A stretch of 64,000 nt of DNA from Candidatus Saccharimonadales bacterium (GCA_041600755.1 JBFIJL010000002.1:80850-144849), one strand, 5' to 3'. Shown: positions 37,436-47,702, counted from the stretch's first letter. Made by a program: numbers and translations. The notes: a model not told the origin generated them from the sequence alone.

Positions 37436-39247
37436 TTGAGGCAAAAAGTACTATTAATGGCAATTTCTATTGCTAGCATTGTGATGGGCGGGGCAGGCCT
37501 GGTGAACGCATTCACAAACGGGCAAAACGCCATTAATGTAGTGGGGCAAACAGACTTTGTTTCAAGTTCATTTAACACCACTAGCACTACACTAAACGCC
37601 CCTACGAGTGTCGAGGTTGACACGGTAAACCACCGTCTATTTGTAGCCGATGCAGGAAACAGCAGAGTCTTAGTGTTTAACCTGGATAACGAAAACAATT
37701 TAGTCAACGAAACCGCTGACTACGTTCTGGGTCAAGCAGACCTCAATTCAAGCGACACCGCTCTCACGATCAACGGGCTAGACTTGGATCAAGGCGGTAT
37801 TATTTTTGATGAAGTCAATAACCGCCTTTTTGTGTCCGACGACAACAATTACCGTGTAATGGTATATGACACAACTACGATCACAAACGGGGAAGACGCC
37901 ATTGCTGTATTGGGGCAAGACGATTTCGTCACTCCGGATTCAGATACCACGATAGACCGTTTTTACTATAACGAATCCACACCAGCCTATGATCCAGATC
38001 GTCAGCTATTATTTGTTCCTGAGTATGACAACAACCGCGTCATGGTGTTCGACGTAAACTCAATAACCAATGGTGAGGATGCTGTATACGTAATTGGCCA
38101 AGACGATTTTGAAAGCAACGAAACAGGAACATCGCCGACTCGTTTTGACGGACTTGAATACGTAGGCTCTGTGTATGACCCGACGACCAGAAGACTCTAT
38201 GTGTCCGACCTAGACGGCAACAGAGTATTGGTGTTCGACACGACCACAATAACAAACGGGATGGCCGCATCTTATGTATTGGGTCAAGATGACTTCACAA
38301 GCAATAGCTATGGAAATACAATAGACACTCTATACTCGCCTCAAGCACTTGAAATAGACACCGAGGGTCAAAGGCTTTATGTGTACGATATGGATAATGC
38401 CAGAATAATGGTTTTCGACGTCCAATCAATCACTAACGGCGAAGATGCAGTCAGTGTGCTTGGACAGCCAAACTTTACAAGCGCTGGCAGTAGCACCACC
38501 CAGAGCACTATTGGTGGAGGTGTTTCAACATCGATGTCTTACGACAAAACTACAGGTAACCTTTACTTCGCCGACTCTGACAATAACCGAATTATGGTTT
38601 GGCAAGTTGGGGACAGTGACTTCGATGGAACCTCAGATGCTGACGAAGAGAGACATCCCAACAACGGTGACGGAAATGGCGACGGCACGATAGACAGCGC
38701 CCAGGCAAATGTCAGTTCAATCTCAAACTCAAATGTCAGCGACGCTGGTGCTTACGTCACAATTGAAATAAGCGGAGGTGACTGCACGGACTTAACTACA
38801 TTTAATAGTGTTTCAGAAGAAAGCAAGGGCAATGACGCAGGTTACGACTATCCTGTAGGTCTTGTCGACTTCAGTGTTGAGTGTTCTTCACTGGGAAGCA
38901 CAGCAAGCGTTAAAGTGTTTTATGACAAGGAATATGATACTGGAAGCTGGGTAGCCAGGAAGTTTGTCAACGGCAGCTTTATCGAAGTTCCGGGAGCAGC
39001 ATTTGGCACAGCAACAGTTGGCTCAAAAGTAGTAACGACGCTTAGTTATGATGTAGTCGACGGCGGCCCACTTGATGCAGATGGCGTAGCCAACGGAACT
39101 GTTGTTGATCCGGCTGGTCCTGCAGCACTAGAAGTAACTGCTCCAGACACAGGACTTGGTATAACGCAGTCTAACTCATACTACATCGCCATAGCGGTTG
39201 GCATAGCAATTCTAGGATTCGCAGCTCGACAAACTAAACGAAGCTAA
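37436..39247 (+). CDS. Secreted six-bladed NHL-repeat beta-propeller protein with an Asp-rich Ca-binding-like linker, a C-terminal beta-domain and a sortase-type sorting signal
   Basis: Six repeats of the type D..N.RLFV.D..N.RV.VFD. Also DSDFDGTSDADEERHPNNGDGNGDGTID. C-terminus is VTAPDTGLG plus a hydrophobic helix plus RQTKRS. TTG start after GAGGAGGG. Confidence 0.8.
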   Translation: MRQKVLLMAISIASIVMGGAGLVNAFTNGQNAINVVGQTDFVSSSFNTTSTTLNAPTSVEVDTVNHRLFVADAGNSRVLVFNLDNENNLVNETADYVLGQADLNSSDTALTINGLDLDQGGIIFDEVNNRLFVSDDNNYRVMVYDTTTITNGEDAIAVLGQDDFVTPDSDTTIDRFYYNESTPAYDPDRQLLFVPEYDNNRVMVFDVNSITNGEDAVYVIGQDDFESNETGTSPTRFDGLEYVGSVYDPTTRRLYVSDLDGNRVLVFDTTTITNGMAASYVLGQDDFTSNSYGNTIDTLYSPQALEIDTEGQRLYVYDMDNARIMVFDVQSITNGEDAVSVLGQPNFTSAGSSTTQSTIGGGVSTSMSYDKTTGNLYFADSDNNRIMVWQVGDSDFDGTSDADEERHPNNGDGNGDGTIDSAQANVSSISNSNVSDAGAYVTIEISGGDCTDLTTFNSVSEESKGNDAGYDYPVGLVDFSVECSSLGSTASVKVFYDKEYDTGSWVARKFVNGSFIEVPGAAFGTATVGSKVVTTLSYDVVDGGPLDADGVANGTVVDPAGPAALEVTAPDTGLGITQSNSYYIAIAVGIAILGFAARQTKRS

Positions 39248-39251
39248 AATC

Positions 39252-39893
39252 TTGAAACGAAAAAGACTTGTGCTGTCTATAGTTGGAGTAGTCTTACTCA
39301 GCTATGGAGTATACGGTTTATTGATCGGCTACACGAGGACCAAGAACCCTAATCCTGAACTTCCTAACACCAATCAAGACATTACGTTTGATACTGCTGA
39401 GCCCGATGAAACAACTGTGGACATTGAATCTGAGTATGAAGTGCCGCTGGATCAACCTAGGCGGATAATCATTCCAAGTCTTGGAGTGAACGGCTTCATC
39501 CAGAGAGTGGGACAAACAGAACAAAACAAAGTCGCAGTTCCTACCAATATCCATTTTGGAGGCTGGTATGCAGCGTCTGTAATACCTGGGCAGCCTGGAC
39601 TGAGTCTTATTGACGGCCACGTTAGCGGGCGATATCAACCTGGTATTTTTAAAAATATCCACAAACTTAAAGATGGTGATAAATTCAGTATTGAGTACGG
39701 CGATAGATCACAAAAACAATTTGAAGTTGTGAGCAAAAATTCGTATTCACTATCGGAAATTAATTCCTTTTTCTTAAAACGCGAACCAAGCATCAATAGC
39801 CAATTAAATCTAATTACGTGTGGGGGGAGATTCGACGGTGCCACCCAATCATATGATGAGAGGGTTCTGGTCGTCAGCAGGCTATTAGAGTAA
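39252..39893 (+). CDS. Sortase (class E/F-like transpeptidase)
   Basis: N-terminal TM, with LIDGHVSG (His), LNLITCGG (TLxTC-type Cys) and ERVLVVSR (Arg). Confidence 0.8.
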   Translation: MKRKRLVLSIVGVVLLSYGVYGLLIGYTRTKNPNPELPNTNQDITFDTAEPDETTVDIESEYEVPLDQPRRIIIPSLGVNGFIQRVGQTEQNKVAVPTNIHFGGWYAASVIPGQPGLSLIDGHVSGRYQPGIFKNIHKLKDGDKFSIEYGDRSQKQFEVVSKNSYSLSEINSFFLKREPSINSQLNLITCGGRFDGATQSYDERVLVVSRLLE

Positions 39894-39965
39894 GTGTAGC
39901 AAATATAGATAACAAACTTGCGTTTCATGAACATCCAGCAGTCAATGACAATCCAAACTAATTAT

Positions 39966-41372
39966 CTAGTTGTGGCGCCGTCTGTGAGATTTTCGTTTGG
40001 CCTGACCAAGGAGTAGGCCCACCACCAGCCAGAAGGCCAAAACAACAGAAGATACGATCAATGCAAACATTGAGCCAAATTCAAATATAACGATTGCAGA
40101 AGTTGCGGTTACTAGACCTCCACCCATGAACGGCTCAAAAGCGAGCTGCTTGTACGCGAAGCCCTCACGCGAGTGTGTCTTATTGGATGGATCTGCAAGT
40201 CTGTTCATGAGTAGGCCTGTAGCGGTCATGCCCATAGACTGGCCATAGTTCGTCACTCCTTGCTCAAACGGATCACGTGGAAACATTCTTGGCGCAAGCA
40301 GCAACAGGCACCCAAGCGCCCACAACACACCTGTAACTGCTAGCAGTGATATTGTCGCTAGATTATCTTTCAACACAGAAATAGAAATCGTAGCAATTGC
40401 ACTAACGATCAATATATCCAGCGCAATCGTACTGATAACCTGCACTGTGCGCTGCTGGATAAGTCTTTGGTGATGAGTCTTACGCAAAATCAACTGAACA
40501 ATGAGCCCACCAAGCATAGCAAAAGGGAAGAGTGGCATATACGAGGTGAATCTGATGTCTGTCCACTGCGACAAAGTTGCATTTTCTATGAATTGAATAA
40601 GTTCAAGCATCCCCACGCCTATTGCAATTGCGAGAGCAAATGCCAACAGATTTAATACAACCTTAATGGGATTTGTGTTGATTTTTTCTCCGAATCTGAC
40701 CAAGTTATAGCCACTTCTAATCAGAACTCTCTCGTGGCGCTTCCAGGCCTTGGCGTCAATAATGAAGCCATGTTTTCTATTGTGCCAATTTATGATGATA
40801 ACTCCAGAAATGATAGCTGTTACCAGACTTATGGTTGCCAGCCCGAGTGCAATATCTGTTCCTTGGCTCCAGCCCAGCTCTTCAAATGAAGTCGACAGCC
40901 CGGCAGCTGTTCCGTGACCGCCCTCGAAACCGATTTCTATGAGTGCTCCAGCAATTGGATTTGTGCCAAATATTGGGGTCAGAATTATCATTGTCAGTCC
41001 AATACCAAGGACGTATTGCCCCCACGCCAGGGTATTACCGAATGCGATCATCGGTCCGGACATTTTCCAAACTTCACGCCGTGAAGGTATGGTTTTACCA
41101 AGAAACAACCCTGCAAAAACTATATTTATAAGATACTTTGGAAACGTGCTCCACTGTGAGTACACTTCGTTAGGAAGAATCGAGAACACATGGGGGCCAA
41201 GCAGCAGTCCGCCAACACCAGCAAGCAATGCGCTCGGAATAAAGAATTTCTGCAGCGTTTTTGAGCCCCTTTTAATAAATCGTGCCACAAGTAGCACGAT
41301 TGCAAGAGTTATAAGACTATCTGAAAACGGAGACACTACACTCAGGATAATGCATATGGTTACTCGCTTCAA
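39966..41372 (-). CDS. Sodium/glutamate symporter-like transporter (ESS/GltS family)
   Basis: Polytopic, with an IEIGFEGGHGTAAG motif resembling the GltS GGHGT segment. The overall N-terminal layout is similar to GltS. Confidence 0.6.
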   Translation of the reverse strand: MKRVTICIILSVVSPFSDSLITLAIVLLVARFIKRGSKTLQKFFIPSALLAGVGGLLLGPHVFSILPNEVYSQWSTFPKYLINIVFAGLFLGKTIPSRREVWKMSGPMIAFGNTLAWGQYVLGIGLTMIILTPIFGTNPIAGALIEIGFEGGHGTAAGLSTSFEELGWSQGTDIALGLATISLVTAIISGVIIINWHNRKHGFIIDAKAWKRHERVLIRSGYNLVRFGEKINTNPIKVVLNLLAFALAIAIGVGMLELIQFIENATLSQWTDIRFTSYMPLFPFAMLGGLIVQLILRKTHHQRLIQQRTVQVISTIALDILIVSAIATISISVLKDNLATISLLAVTGVLWALGCLLLLAPRMFPRDPFEQGVTNYGQSMGMTATGLLMNRLADPSNKTHSREGFAYKQLAFEPFMGGGLVTATSAIVIFEFGSMFALIVSSVVLAFWLVVGLLLGQAKRKSHRRRHN

Positions 41373-41441
41373 GCCCCGAAGTTAGATGTGTGGTCTGCTT
41401 TCGAGAACGAACTTCAAATTTATACAGGAGCAAGCCTCTAT

Positions 41442-41840
41442 CTATTTTGCTCTAATGAGGTCGAATGCTACTAATGCAATTTTGACTGCCCAGACACTTA
41501 AACCAAGCCAAAGTGCGCTAATAATTACTCCCGTCACCTTCACTTTGCGCAACTTTGCGATTGTCATGAGTATCGCGACACCAGCCAAAATTATTCCTGC
41601 AATCAGAAAGGGAACACCCATCAAAACCGAAACTACATGAAGCAACCCAGAGGCGGCCTTGTCCCCAACTTGTTCTGCGGTCGAGTTGTTGGCGGTTGCT
41701 GAATCATACCTCACATTGATAAGGAAAGAACCCACACCAGAGAAAAACAGCGCCAATAGCGAGAGCACTGCACCTATCTTTGAGGATCCTTTTTTAGTAG
41801 ATTTTTGGTTTTGGTGTTTGAATTGAGTGTTGGAATTCAT
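41442..41840 (-). CDS. Hypothetical membrane protein
   Basis: 132 aa with four hydrophobic segments. Confidence 0.5.
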   Translation of the reverse strand: MNSNTQFKHQNQKSTKKGSSKIGAVLSLLALFFSGVGSFLINVRYDSATANNSTAEQVGDKAASGLLHVVSVLMGVPFLIAGIILAGVAILMTIAKLRKVKVTGVIISALWLGLSVWAVKIALVAFDLIRAK

Positions 41841-41948
41841 TCTTCAATCATCTCAAAATAGTTATGTTAATGCAATTAACCAGATATGCAGAAAAACACT
41901 ACCAAGCTTTTTATGAAATAGCAGGCAGCAGCTATACTAGAGTCAACC

Positions 41949-42521
41949 ATGGCTAATCAATACGAAATTCATACAGAAGTCTCTGCAGCCGACTGGAGAG
42001 ACTGGCTCGAGAACAACCACAGCTCCGTAGACGGAATTTGGCTTCGGATATATAAAAAAGCATCAGGTGTTCCATCCGTAACATACCCAGAGGCTCTTGA
42101 TGAGGCACTTTGTTTTGGATGGATTGACGGACAAAAAAAGTCATATGATAGCAAGTCGTATCTACAAAAATTTACGCCGCGTAGAGCGCGAAGCATCTGG
42201 TCAAAGCGAAATATTGAGCATATCGATCGCTTAGAAAGATCAGGAAAAATGAGTTCATCTGGAATTGATGAAGTTAAGCGCGCAAAAGCCGATGGGCGGT
42301 GGCAGGCTGCCTACGACTCGCAAGCGACAATGGAACTTCCAGGCGAATTTTTTGATGCTCTAAATAAAAATTTAAAGGCCAAAAAGTATTTTGATACACT
42401 CACTAAATCCAACTTATACTTCATTGGGTTCCAGCTTCAAACCGCTAAAAGACCAGAAACTGTTGCCCGTAGGATTCAAAAGATAATTAATCAGCTTGAG
42501 AGCGGCAATAAGCCACAATAG
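41949..42521 (+). CDS. YdeI/OmpD-associated family protein
   Basis: IWLRIYKKASGVPSVTYPEALDEALCFGWIDGQKKSYD...QKFTPRRARSIWSKRN. Confidence 0.75.
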   Translation: MANQYEIHTEVSAADWRDWLENNHSSVDGIWLRIYKKASGVPSVTYPEALDEALCFGWIDGQKKSYDSKSYLQKFTPRRARSIWSKRNIEHIDRLERSGKMSSSGIDEVKRAKADGRWQAAYDSQATMELPGEFFDALNKNLKAKKYFDTLTKSNLYFIGFQLQTAKRPETVARRIQKIINQLESGNKPQ

Positions 42522-42598
42522 CTCAACACAGGCATACCGACTCACAAATATTCAAGATTTCTTGTAAACTAGTAATACTAATATAAGGAGAATTCGTC

Positions 42599-43045
42599 AT
42601 GGCAACAGTGAGTATCTACCTGAACTTTATGGGAAACACAGAAGTGGCATTTGAGTTTTATAAATCAGTTTTCGGAACTGAATATTCTCATCCTATTGAC
42701 CGCATGGGAGATGCTCCAGCCGATGACGAAATGGGGACTGGCCTTTCCGAAGAAGACAAAAACAAGGTTATGAATGTTCAGCTTCCAATCCTTGGTGGAG
42801 TACAGCTGATGGGCACCGACATGCTCGAAAGCATGGGGCACGAGCTTGTTCAAGGAAATAACATTAGCATCAACCTGCAAACAGATAACAAAGAGCAAGC
42901 CGAGGAGCTATTTAACAAGCTCAGCGCCGGGGGCAAGATAGAAGCGCCACTCAAGCTAGAATTTTGGGGCGACTGGTTTGCAAGTTTCGAGGACAAGTTT
43001 GGCGTCCGTTGGATGATAATCGCCCCCGATCAGGCCGCTAGCTAA
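42599..43045 (+). CDS. VOC-family (PhnB-like glyoxalase fold) protein
   Basis: SIYLNFMGNTEVAFEFYKSVFG...FWGDWFASFEDKFGVRWMI. Confidence 0.75.
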   Translation: MATVSIYLNFMGNTEVAFEFYKSVFGTEYSHPIDRMGDAPADDEMGTGLSEEDKNKVMNVQLPILGGVQLMGTDMLESMGHELVQGNNISINLQTDNKEQAEELFNKLSAGGKIEAPLKLEFWGDWFASFEDKFGVRWMIIAPDQAAS

Positions 43046-43112
43046 TCCTGCACGCACTTCATCAGTACAATCCCAAGGTTTCCTTCCTGCCATAAATTAA
43101 TCTAACTTCGAT

Positions 43113-43364
43113 TTAATGTACCGATATTCTTTTCCATAGGAAAAGCACAAGAACCGAACCTCCGATTGCTACAGCCAAACTGTATAGGTTAAAGCCCGTG
43201 ACATCCTGTCCTCCAAGCATGCTCATGATTAACCCTCCAACAAAAGCACCGATAATTCCAACTACAATGTTGCCTATCGCTCCCTGATTTTCGTTAGTCG
43301 CAGTTAGCATTGAAGCAATCCATCCGGCTAGCGCACCAAAGATTATCCATAGTAAAATGCCCAT
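43113..43364 (-). CDS. GlsB/YeaQ/YmgE-family stress membrane protein
   Basis: MGILLWIIFGALAGWIASML...GNIVVGIIGAFVGGLI. Confidence 0.85.
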   Translation of the reverse strand: MGILLWIIFGALAGWIASMLTATNENQGAIGNIVVGIIGAFVGGLIMSMLGGQDVTGFNLYSLAVAIGGSVLVLFLWKRISVH

Positions 43365-43379
43365 TATTGCATCTCCTTT

Positions 43380-43508
43380 TTACAGCTTTATATTAGTATC
43401 AGAATTTTTAAGTCGGTACTGTGACTCAAATGAGTTTTGTGCATTGAATTCTTGGATTTTTATCTTCAATTCTTTCGATAACTTATTCAACTTGTTACCT
43501 TTAGGCAT
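43380..43508 (-). CDS. Possible 42-aa small protein
   Basis: Hand-translated as MPKGNKLNKLSKELKIKIQEFNAQNSFESQYRLKNSDTNIKL. AGGAGGAGG lies 6 nt upstream. Below the ORF-track cutoff. Confidence 0.3.
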   Translation of the reverse strand: MPKGNKLNKLSKELKIKIQEFNAQNSFESQYRLKNSDTNIKL

Positions 43509-43532
43509 TGCTTCCTCCTCCTATTCTAACTT

Positions 43533-43673
43533 CTAAGTTCGGTGAGACGTGAGCGATTTAATGTACATCTTTCGTTCTCTCGCATATGGTTTTTCGAAGA
43601 CCTCCCTGTGCTTTCGTTTCAAAAACGAATCAATTTTATTTTCAAGATCTTCGTCGATCTTTTTACTTCTCAT
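43533..43673 (-). CDS. Possible 46-aa small basic protein
   Basis: Hand-translated as MRSKKIDEDLENKIDSFLKRKHREVFEKPYARERKMYIKSLTSHRT, with AAGGAGGTG upstream. Confidence 0.3.
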   Translation of the reverse strand: MRSKKIDEDLENKIDSFLKRKHREVFEKPYARERKMYIKSLTSHRT

Positions 43674-43798
43674 GTACACCTCCTTGTTTATCATCACGCT
43701 TCCATCTTAGACTTAACCTGGGAACAGGTCCGTAAGTAATGCTACTTTTATTGTGTTAATATTTTCACTTTACCAACTTACGGGCGTACAATTTATGT

Positions 43799-44464
43799 AT
43801 GGATTACATCGAAGTAAGCAAAGCACTTCCTGGAACCAAGCGCAGCTTCAAGCCAAATTCGTCACTTCTATATCAAGGAGAAGTGCCAAGATCTGGATTT
43901 TATATTACAAAGGGAATTGTTCGGTCATACACACTTCAGGCGAATGGGGAAGAGCAGATTGTTGCTTTCCATGGGCCTGGAGATTTCCTGCCAATATGCT
44001 GGCTGTTTAAAAAGACTGCTTCGTCACTATATTTTTATGAATCCGTAACACTAACAAGTACAGTAAGTGTGCTTCAAAATGATATCGAGGTTTTGCAAAA
44101 AAATCCGGCATTCAATAGCTATTTTACCGACAAATTAGTTAGCGACAACATAGCCTTTCAGATGCGCGTTACTGCGCTAGAGCAACCGAAAGCAGTCGAC
44201 AAGATTCTGTATACTATTTTTTATCTATTACATCGATTCGGGGTGGAGTCTGGTAAGCCGGGAGAGCATAAAATCAATCTGAAACTAACGCATTCCACAA
44301 TTGCGTCCATGATTGGGCTTACGCGCGAAACTACAGCGACCGAACTCAACATACTTCGACGCAAAAAGATTTTACGATACGATAAAAAAATCTATTACAT
44401 AAATAGGCCGCTTTTAGAAAAAACAATCAGCGAGGACAGCTTCAATGAGCTTCTCAATGACTAG
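43799..44464 (+). CDS. Crp/Fnr-family transcriptional regulator
   Basis: cNMP-binding-like beta-roll, plus a C-terminal HTH (LTHSTIASMIGLTRETTATELNILRRKKIL). Confidence 0.8.
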   Translation: MDYIEVSKALPGTKRSFKPNSSLLYQGEVPRSGFYITKGIVRSYTLQANGEEQIVAFHGPGDFLPICWLFKKTASSLYFYESVTLTSTVSVLQNDIEVLQKNPAFNSYFTDKLVSDNIAFQMRVTALEQPKAVDKILYTIFYLLHRFGVESGKPGEHKINLKLTHSTIASMIGLTRETTATELNILRRKKILRYDKKIYYINRPLLEKTISEDSFNELLND

Positions 44465-44865
44465 CTGCGCAGCGTATCATCCACGACCTTGAGTAACTCC
44501 TTTGGAGAAGCCCAAGCTTTTAAAATATATCTATCAGCACCAAGTGAGTACGCCTCTTCGATCTCCTTTTGAAGGTCATAGTTGCTTAGAATGATCACTT
44601 TCGCAGTGGAGCGCTTATGTTTTTTATAGGACTTCAAGAACCCAATTCCGTCCAACACGGGCAGCCGTAGGTCTAGCAGGATTAGGTCAATCTTATTTTT
44701 CTCTGCAATTTCTAGTGCTTCGCTACCATCAAATGCAGAGAGAATATTGTAGCCAGCTGTTGCAAGCACAATTTGATAGGCCTCATTGAGTGTTGATTCA
44801 TCCTCAACAATTAGTATAGTTTTCGATTTCTTTCCTAGGCTCATTCCTCCCATAGTAGTGCTCAC
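44461..44865 (-). CDS. Stand-alone response-regulator receiver protein
   Basis: ILIVEDE...DLILLDLRLP...ILSNY...KAW pattern. No output domain. Confidence 0.85.
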   Translation of the reverse strand: MSTTMGGMSLGKKSKTILIVEDESTLNEAYQIVLATAGYNILSAFDGSEALEIAEKNKIDLILLDLRLPVLDGIGFLKSYKKHKRSTAKVIILSNYDLQKEIEEAYSLGADRYILKAWASPKELLKVVDDTLRS

Positions 44866-44907
44866 TTTATGATCAGGCTATTAAAATTTTCACAATTTTT
44901 GACTTGA

Positions 44908-46647
44908 TTAAGTATGCCTTGTAATTGGCAGAGTGATTTCGAATGTTGAGCCTTCATTTTCCGATGAAGTAACTTCAAGGGTGCCGTTATGCATCTCCAC
45001 GAACTTCTTAGCTAAAAACAATCCTATCCCAGTTCCTGAAACAGACTTCGATAGCTTATTTGGTATTCTACTGAACTGCTGGAACAGCAACGCTTGATTT
45101 TCCTCGCTTATACCAACACCATTGTCCTTTACTCGGATATGTACTTCATCTTCTGTTTCATCAACTGCAATCCGAATTTCACCCTCGGGCTGTGTATATT
45201 TTATAGCGTTCGTCAAAAGGTTTTCTATCGCCATCCGGATCATATGCTCATCGACATATAGCAGCTGCATTTTCTTTGGCGGCGTCCATAAAATCTTGTG
45301 ATTGTTCGACTGGATTGTCGGTTCAAGCTCATCAAGTAAAGAGTCAACGACCTGAACCATATCAACGTAGGTTTTTGAAAGCGTGATTGACCCCGAACCG
45401 ATCCTTGCCAGATAAAGAATGTCATTTATAATTCGCAATTGTCTCTCGTTGCTGTCATTGGCCTTCATCAGCAAACTTTCCTGATATGGAGATATGTCGC
45501 CTGCAAAGCCCTGAAGCACCAAGCCAATATATTGCTTTACTCCAGATGCTGGCGTACGCAATTGATGGGATGCAATAGACAATAAACTATCTTTGGCTTC
45601 ATTAATTTTACGCTCTTGATTGAGTCTTAATTGATTGGATCTGTTTTTAAGAATTAGGTAAGTAACTGTGGCAACTAACGTAGCCCAAAGCACACCAAAG
45701 AATAATGTCGTCCATGGTCGCATTACTGTACTTGAACTTACTAGGCTGTGCGGGTTGTAGATATACTCAGTGGAAAGCGCAGAGCCATTAATCATGCTCG
45801 ATCGAGATATAGCCTCATGTGAAGCTGCATTGACCTCATCATAGTTCTTGGATTGATGAAATAGTGTGCCATTCTCAGAATATATCCGATACGCAATATG
45901 TTCATCGCCCATGCCTTTAAGTGCGTTCTCGAAAAAAGCGTCACCCTCAAACACGGCGTACACATATCCCTCAATTGCTTTGCGACGCTCATTTGGCTGG
46001 TTCAAATTTGCCATAGAATTATACTGTGGTGCATACATTAAGAAACCGGACATTTTATCATTGCTATCACTCTGCAAAACATCTATTGCTTCCGTCATTT
46101 GAGCTACACCATTTTCACGAGCTCGCACAATAGCTTTTTCGATCAGAGGCTCTGAAAGCATATCGTAGCCAATTACTCTTAAGTTTACATTATCCTGTGG
46201 CTCCAGATATAGGACTGGCACATAAGTATCCCGTAAGCCTGAAGGAAATATTTCGAAAGGTAACTCACTACTTGATTGCGAAGATACGAAATCTTCTGCC
46301 TCATTGGCGGCCACAACAGGAGCATAGCCAAGTCCACGAGCGCCAGGGTAGCGCGTTGATATTGCGGTTGCGTTCACGAACTGTTGCCAATCAGTCTTGG
46401 TTACTCTAGTGTCGCTCGAAAACAAACCAACACCCGCATAAAGCGTTTCCTCAAAAACATTTGTCCTCGATACTATCGACGCTTCTGCTGCGTCAACAAA
46501 CTCATTGGCTTTGCCCCTGGCTTCAGTGTCTATATTGTTAATTGAAGTGAAGAATGAGATACCGTCGACAATCAGAAACGACATGAAAACTACTATAGTC
46601 GGCACCCACAGCGTCTTAAACTTACTTTTCATTACATGAATATACAA
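44908..46647 (-). CDS. Sensor histidine kinase with an extracytoplasmic CHASE-like domain
   Basis: Two TMs flank a ~280-aa sensor. HisKA is LLSIASHQLRTP. HATPase_c has the N, G1 and G2 boxes (NLLTNAIKYT, DNGVGI, GTGIGL). Confidence 0.85.
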   Translation of the reverse strand: MYIHVMKSKFKTLWVPTIVVFMSFLIVDGISFFTSINNIDTEARGKANEFVDAAEASIVSRTNVFEETLYAGVGLFSSDTRVTKTDWQQFVNATAISTRYPGARGLGYAPVVAANEAEDFVSSQSSSELPFEIFPSGLRDTYVPVLYLEPQDNVNLRVIGYDMLSEPLIEKAIVRARENGVAQMTEAIDVLQSDSNDKMSGFLMYAPQYNSMANLNQPNERRKAIEGYVYAVFEGDAFFENALKGMGDEHIAYRIYSENGTLFHQSKNYDEVNAASHEAISRSSMINGSALSTEYIYNPHSLVSSSTVMRPWTTLFFGVLWATLVATVTYLILKNRSNQLRLNQERKINEAKDSLLSIASHQLRTPASGVKQYIGLVLQGFAGDISPYQESLLMKANDSNERQLRIINDILYLARIGSGSITLSKTYVDMVQVVDSLLDELEPTIQSNNHKILWTPPKKMQLLYVDEHMIRMAIENLLTNAIKYTQPEGEIRIAVDETEDEVHIRVKDNGVGISEENQALLFQQFSRIPNKLSKSVSGTGIGLFLAKKFVEMHNGTLEVTSSENEGSTFEITLPITRHT

Positions 46648-46705
46648 TTGTAGCTAAAAAAATTATGTTAACTTTTTAACATAGCAGTAGCCACACTCCA
46701 GAAGA

Positions 46706-47317
46706 TCAATGACCGATATTTTCTACAGGCTGGCGGAGGATTGTTTTGAGCTTCTCTGGTGCAACTTTGCGTGGATCACTTATGTATATCTCGTGATGCT
46801 TACCGGTCATTTTAAGATTATTCTCTGGAATAAACTCGTGGTGCAGTTTACGTAAAATTGGTGCTTCGTCGGAGTAGCTCCCAATGTGTAATAGCTGCAC
46901 ACACAGGCCCTCATTTAGTGTCTGCAGCCGCAGTTTATTGATGCTAGAGGGGGCTTTTTTGGATTTTACTAATTCTACGGCTTCGGAAAACATAGATTGC
47001 GAGATCCAATCCGGAGTCATAATCATCATCGTCCAATCCCACTCGTCCTTGCGGTCTTCAGTGTAAGCCGACATATCTTCAGCCCACCACAACCCCTCTA
47101 GTGGCGGCACTACATAATCTTTGCCTTTTTGTTTGCTCATAAATTTCAAAGCATAGGCAACAGGGTAGAGAGTTTCAATTGCGGATACATAATCCTTTGA
47201 ATGTGGCGTCCCGTGCCCGTCGACCATTAAGTACTGCATTTCGGGAATATCTAACAGTTCGAATTCATTGTGCTTGGCCTTGTAACCGGCAAGAGATTTC
47301 TTAAAATCTAACTTCAT
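46706..47317 (-). CDS. GyrI-like small-molecule-binding domain protein
   Basis: MQYLMVDGHGTP...LYPVAYALKF...PLEGLWWAEDM...WDWTMMIMTP...HHEIYISDPRKVAPEKLKTILRQPV. Start at Met 47317, with an ATGA overlap to the upstream gene. Confidence 0.8.
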   Translation of the reverse strand: MKLDFKKSLAGYKAKHNEFELLDIPEMQYLMVDGHGTPHSKDYVSAIETLYPVAYALKFMSKQKGKDYVVPPLEGLWWAEDMSAYTEDRKDEWDWTMMIMTPDWISQSMFSEAVELVKSKKAPSSINKLRLQTLNEGLCVQLLHIGSYSDEAPILRKLHHEFIPENNLKMTGKHHEIYISDPRKVAPEKLKTILRQPVENIGH

Positions 47318-47616
47318 TTTTTGTTGATAAGAACTTTCTGAGCCCATGGACTTGGCTTTTTATCGGTACGATGAATACACCCAACCCAGCAACAAGGACG
47401 TCGTTTGCCACTTTCTAGATCTTTGATGACACGTTTAACGTGTGCTTCACGCGTCTTTTGCTGTTTCACAGTTATAGTCCAGCATATCCACTCATTGCGA
47501 GCCAATGGCGTGATAGACTCCCATAAATACAATGCAGCAACATTGTCCAGCAAAGCTCTACTGAGATCTTGTGGCATTGAATGTGCGGTTCCGCCAGTAG
47601 GTTTTGAAGTTTTCAT
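47314..47616 (-). CDS. YdeI/OmpD-associated family small protein
   Basis: PQDLSRAL...LARNEWICW...ESGKRRPCCWVGCIHR C-terminal signature. Confidence 0.65.
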   Translation of the reverse strand: MKTSKPTGGTAHSMPQDLSRALLDNVAALYLWESITPLARNEWICWTITVKQQKTREAHVKRVIKDLESGKRRPCCWVGCIHRTDKKPSPWAQKVLINKK

Positions 47617-47702
47617 GCCTATATTTTACCGCACATTTGCATGGCTTAACAAATAGCGTTGGTACACAGTGATCAAAATGGTTATACTTAAGTCTAAGAC
47701 CT

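Noticed and set aside
37354-37707. 117-aa minus-strand ORF overlapping the NHL protein start
   Set aside because: It is antisense to a gene with a strong Shine-Dalgarno, a signal peptide and clear repeats. It has no motif of its own.
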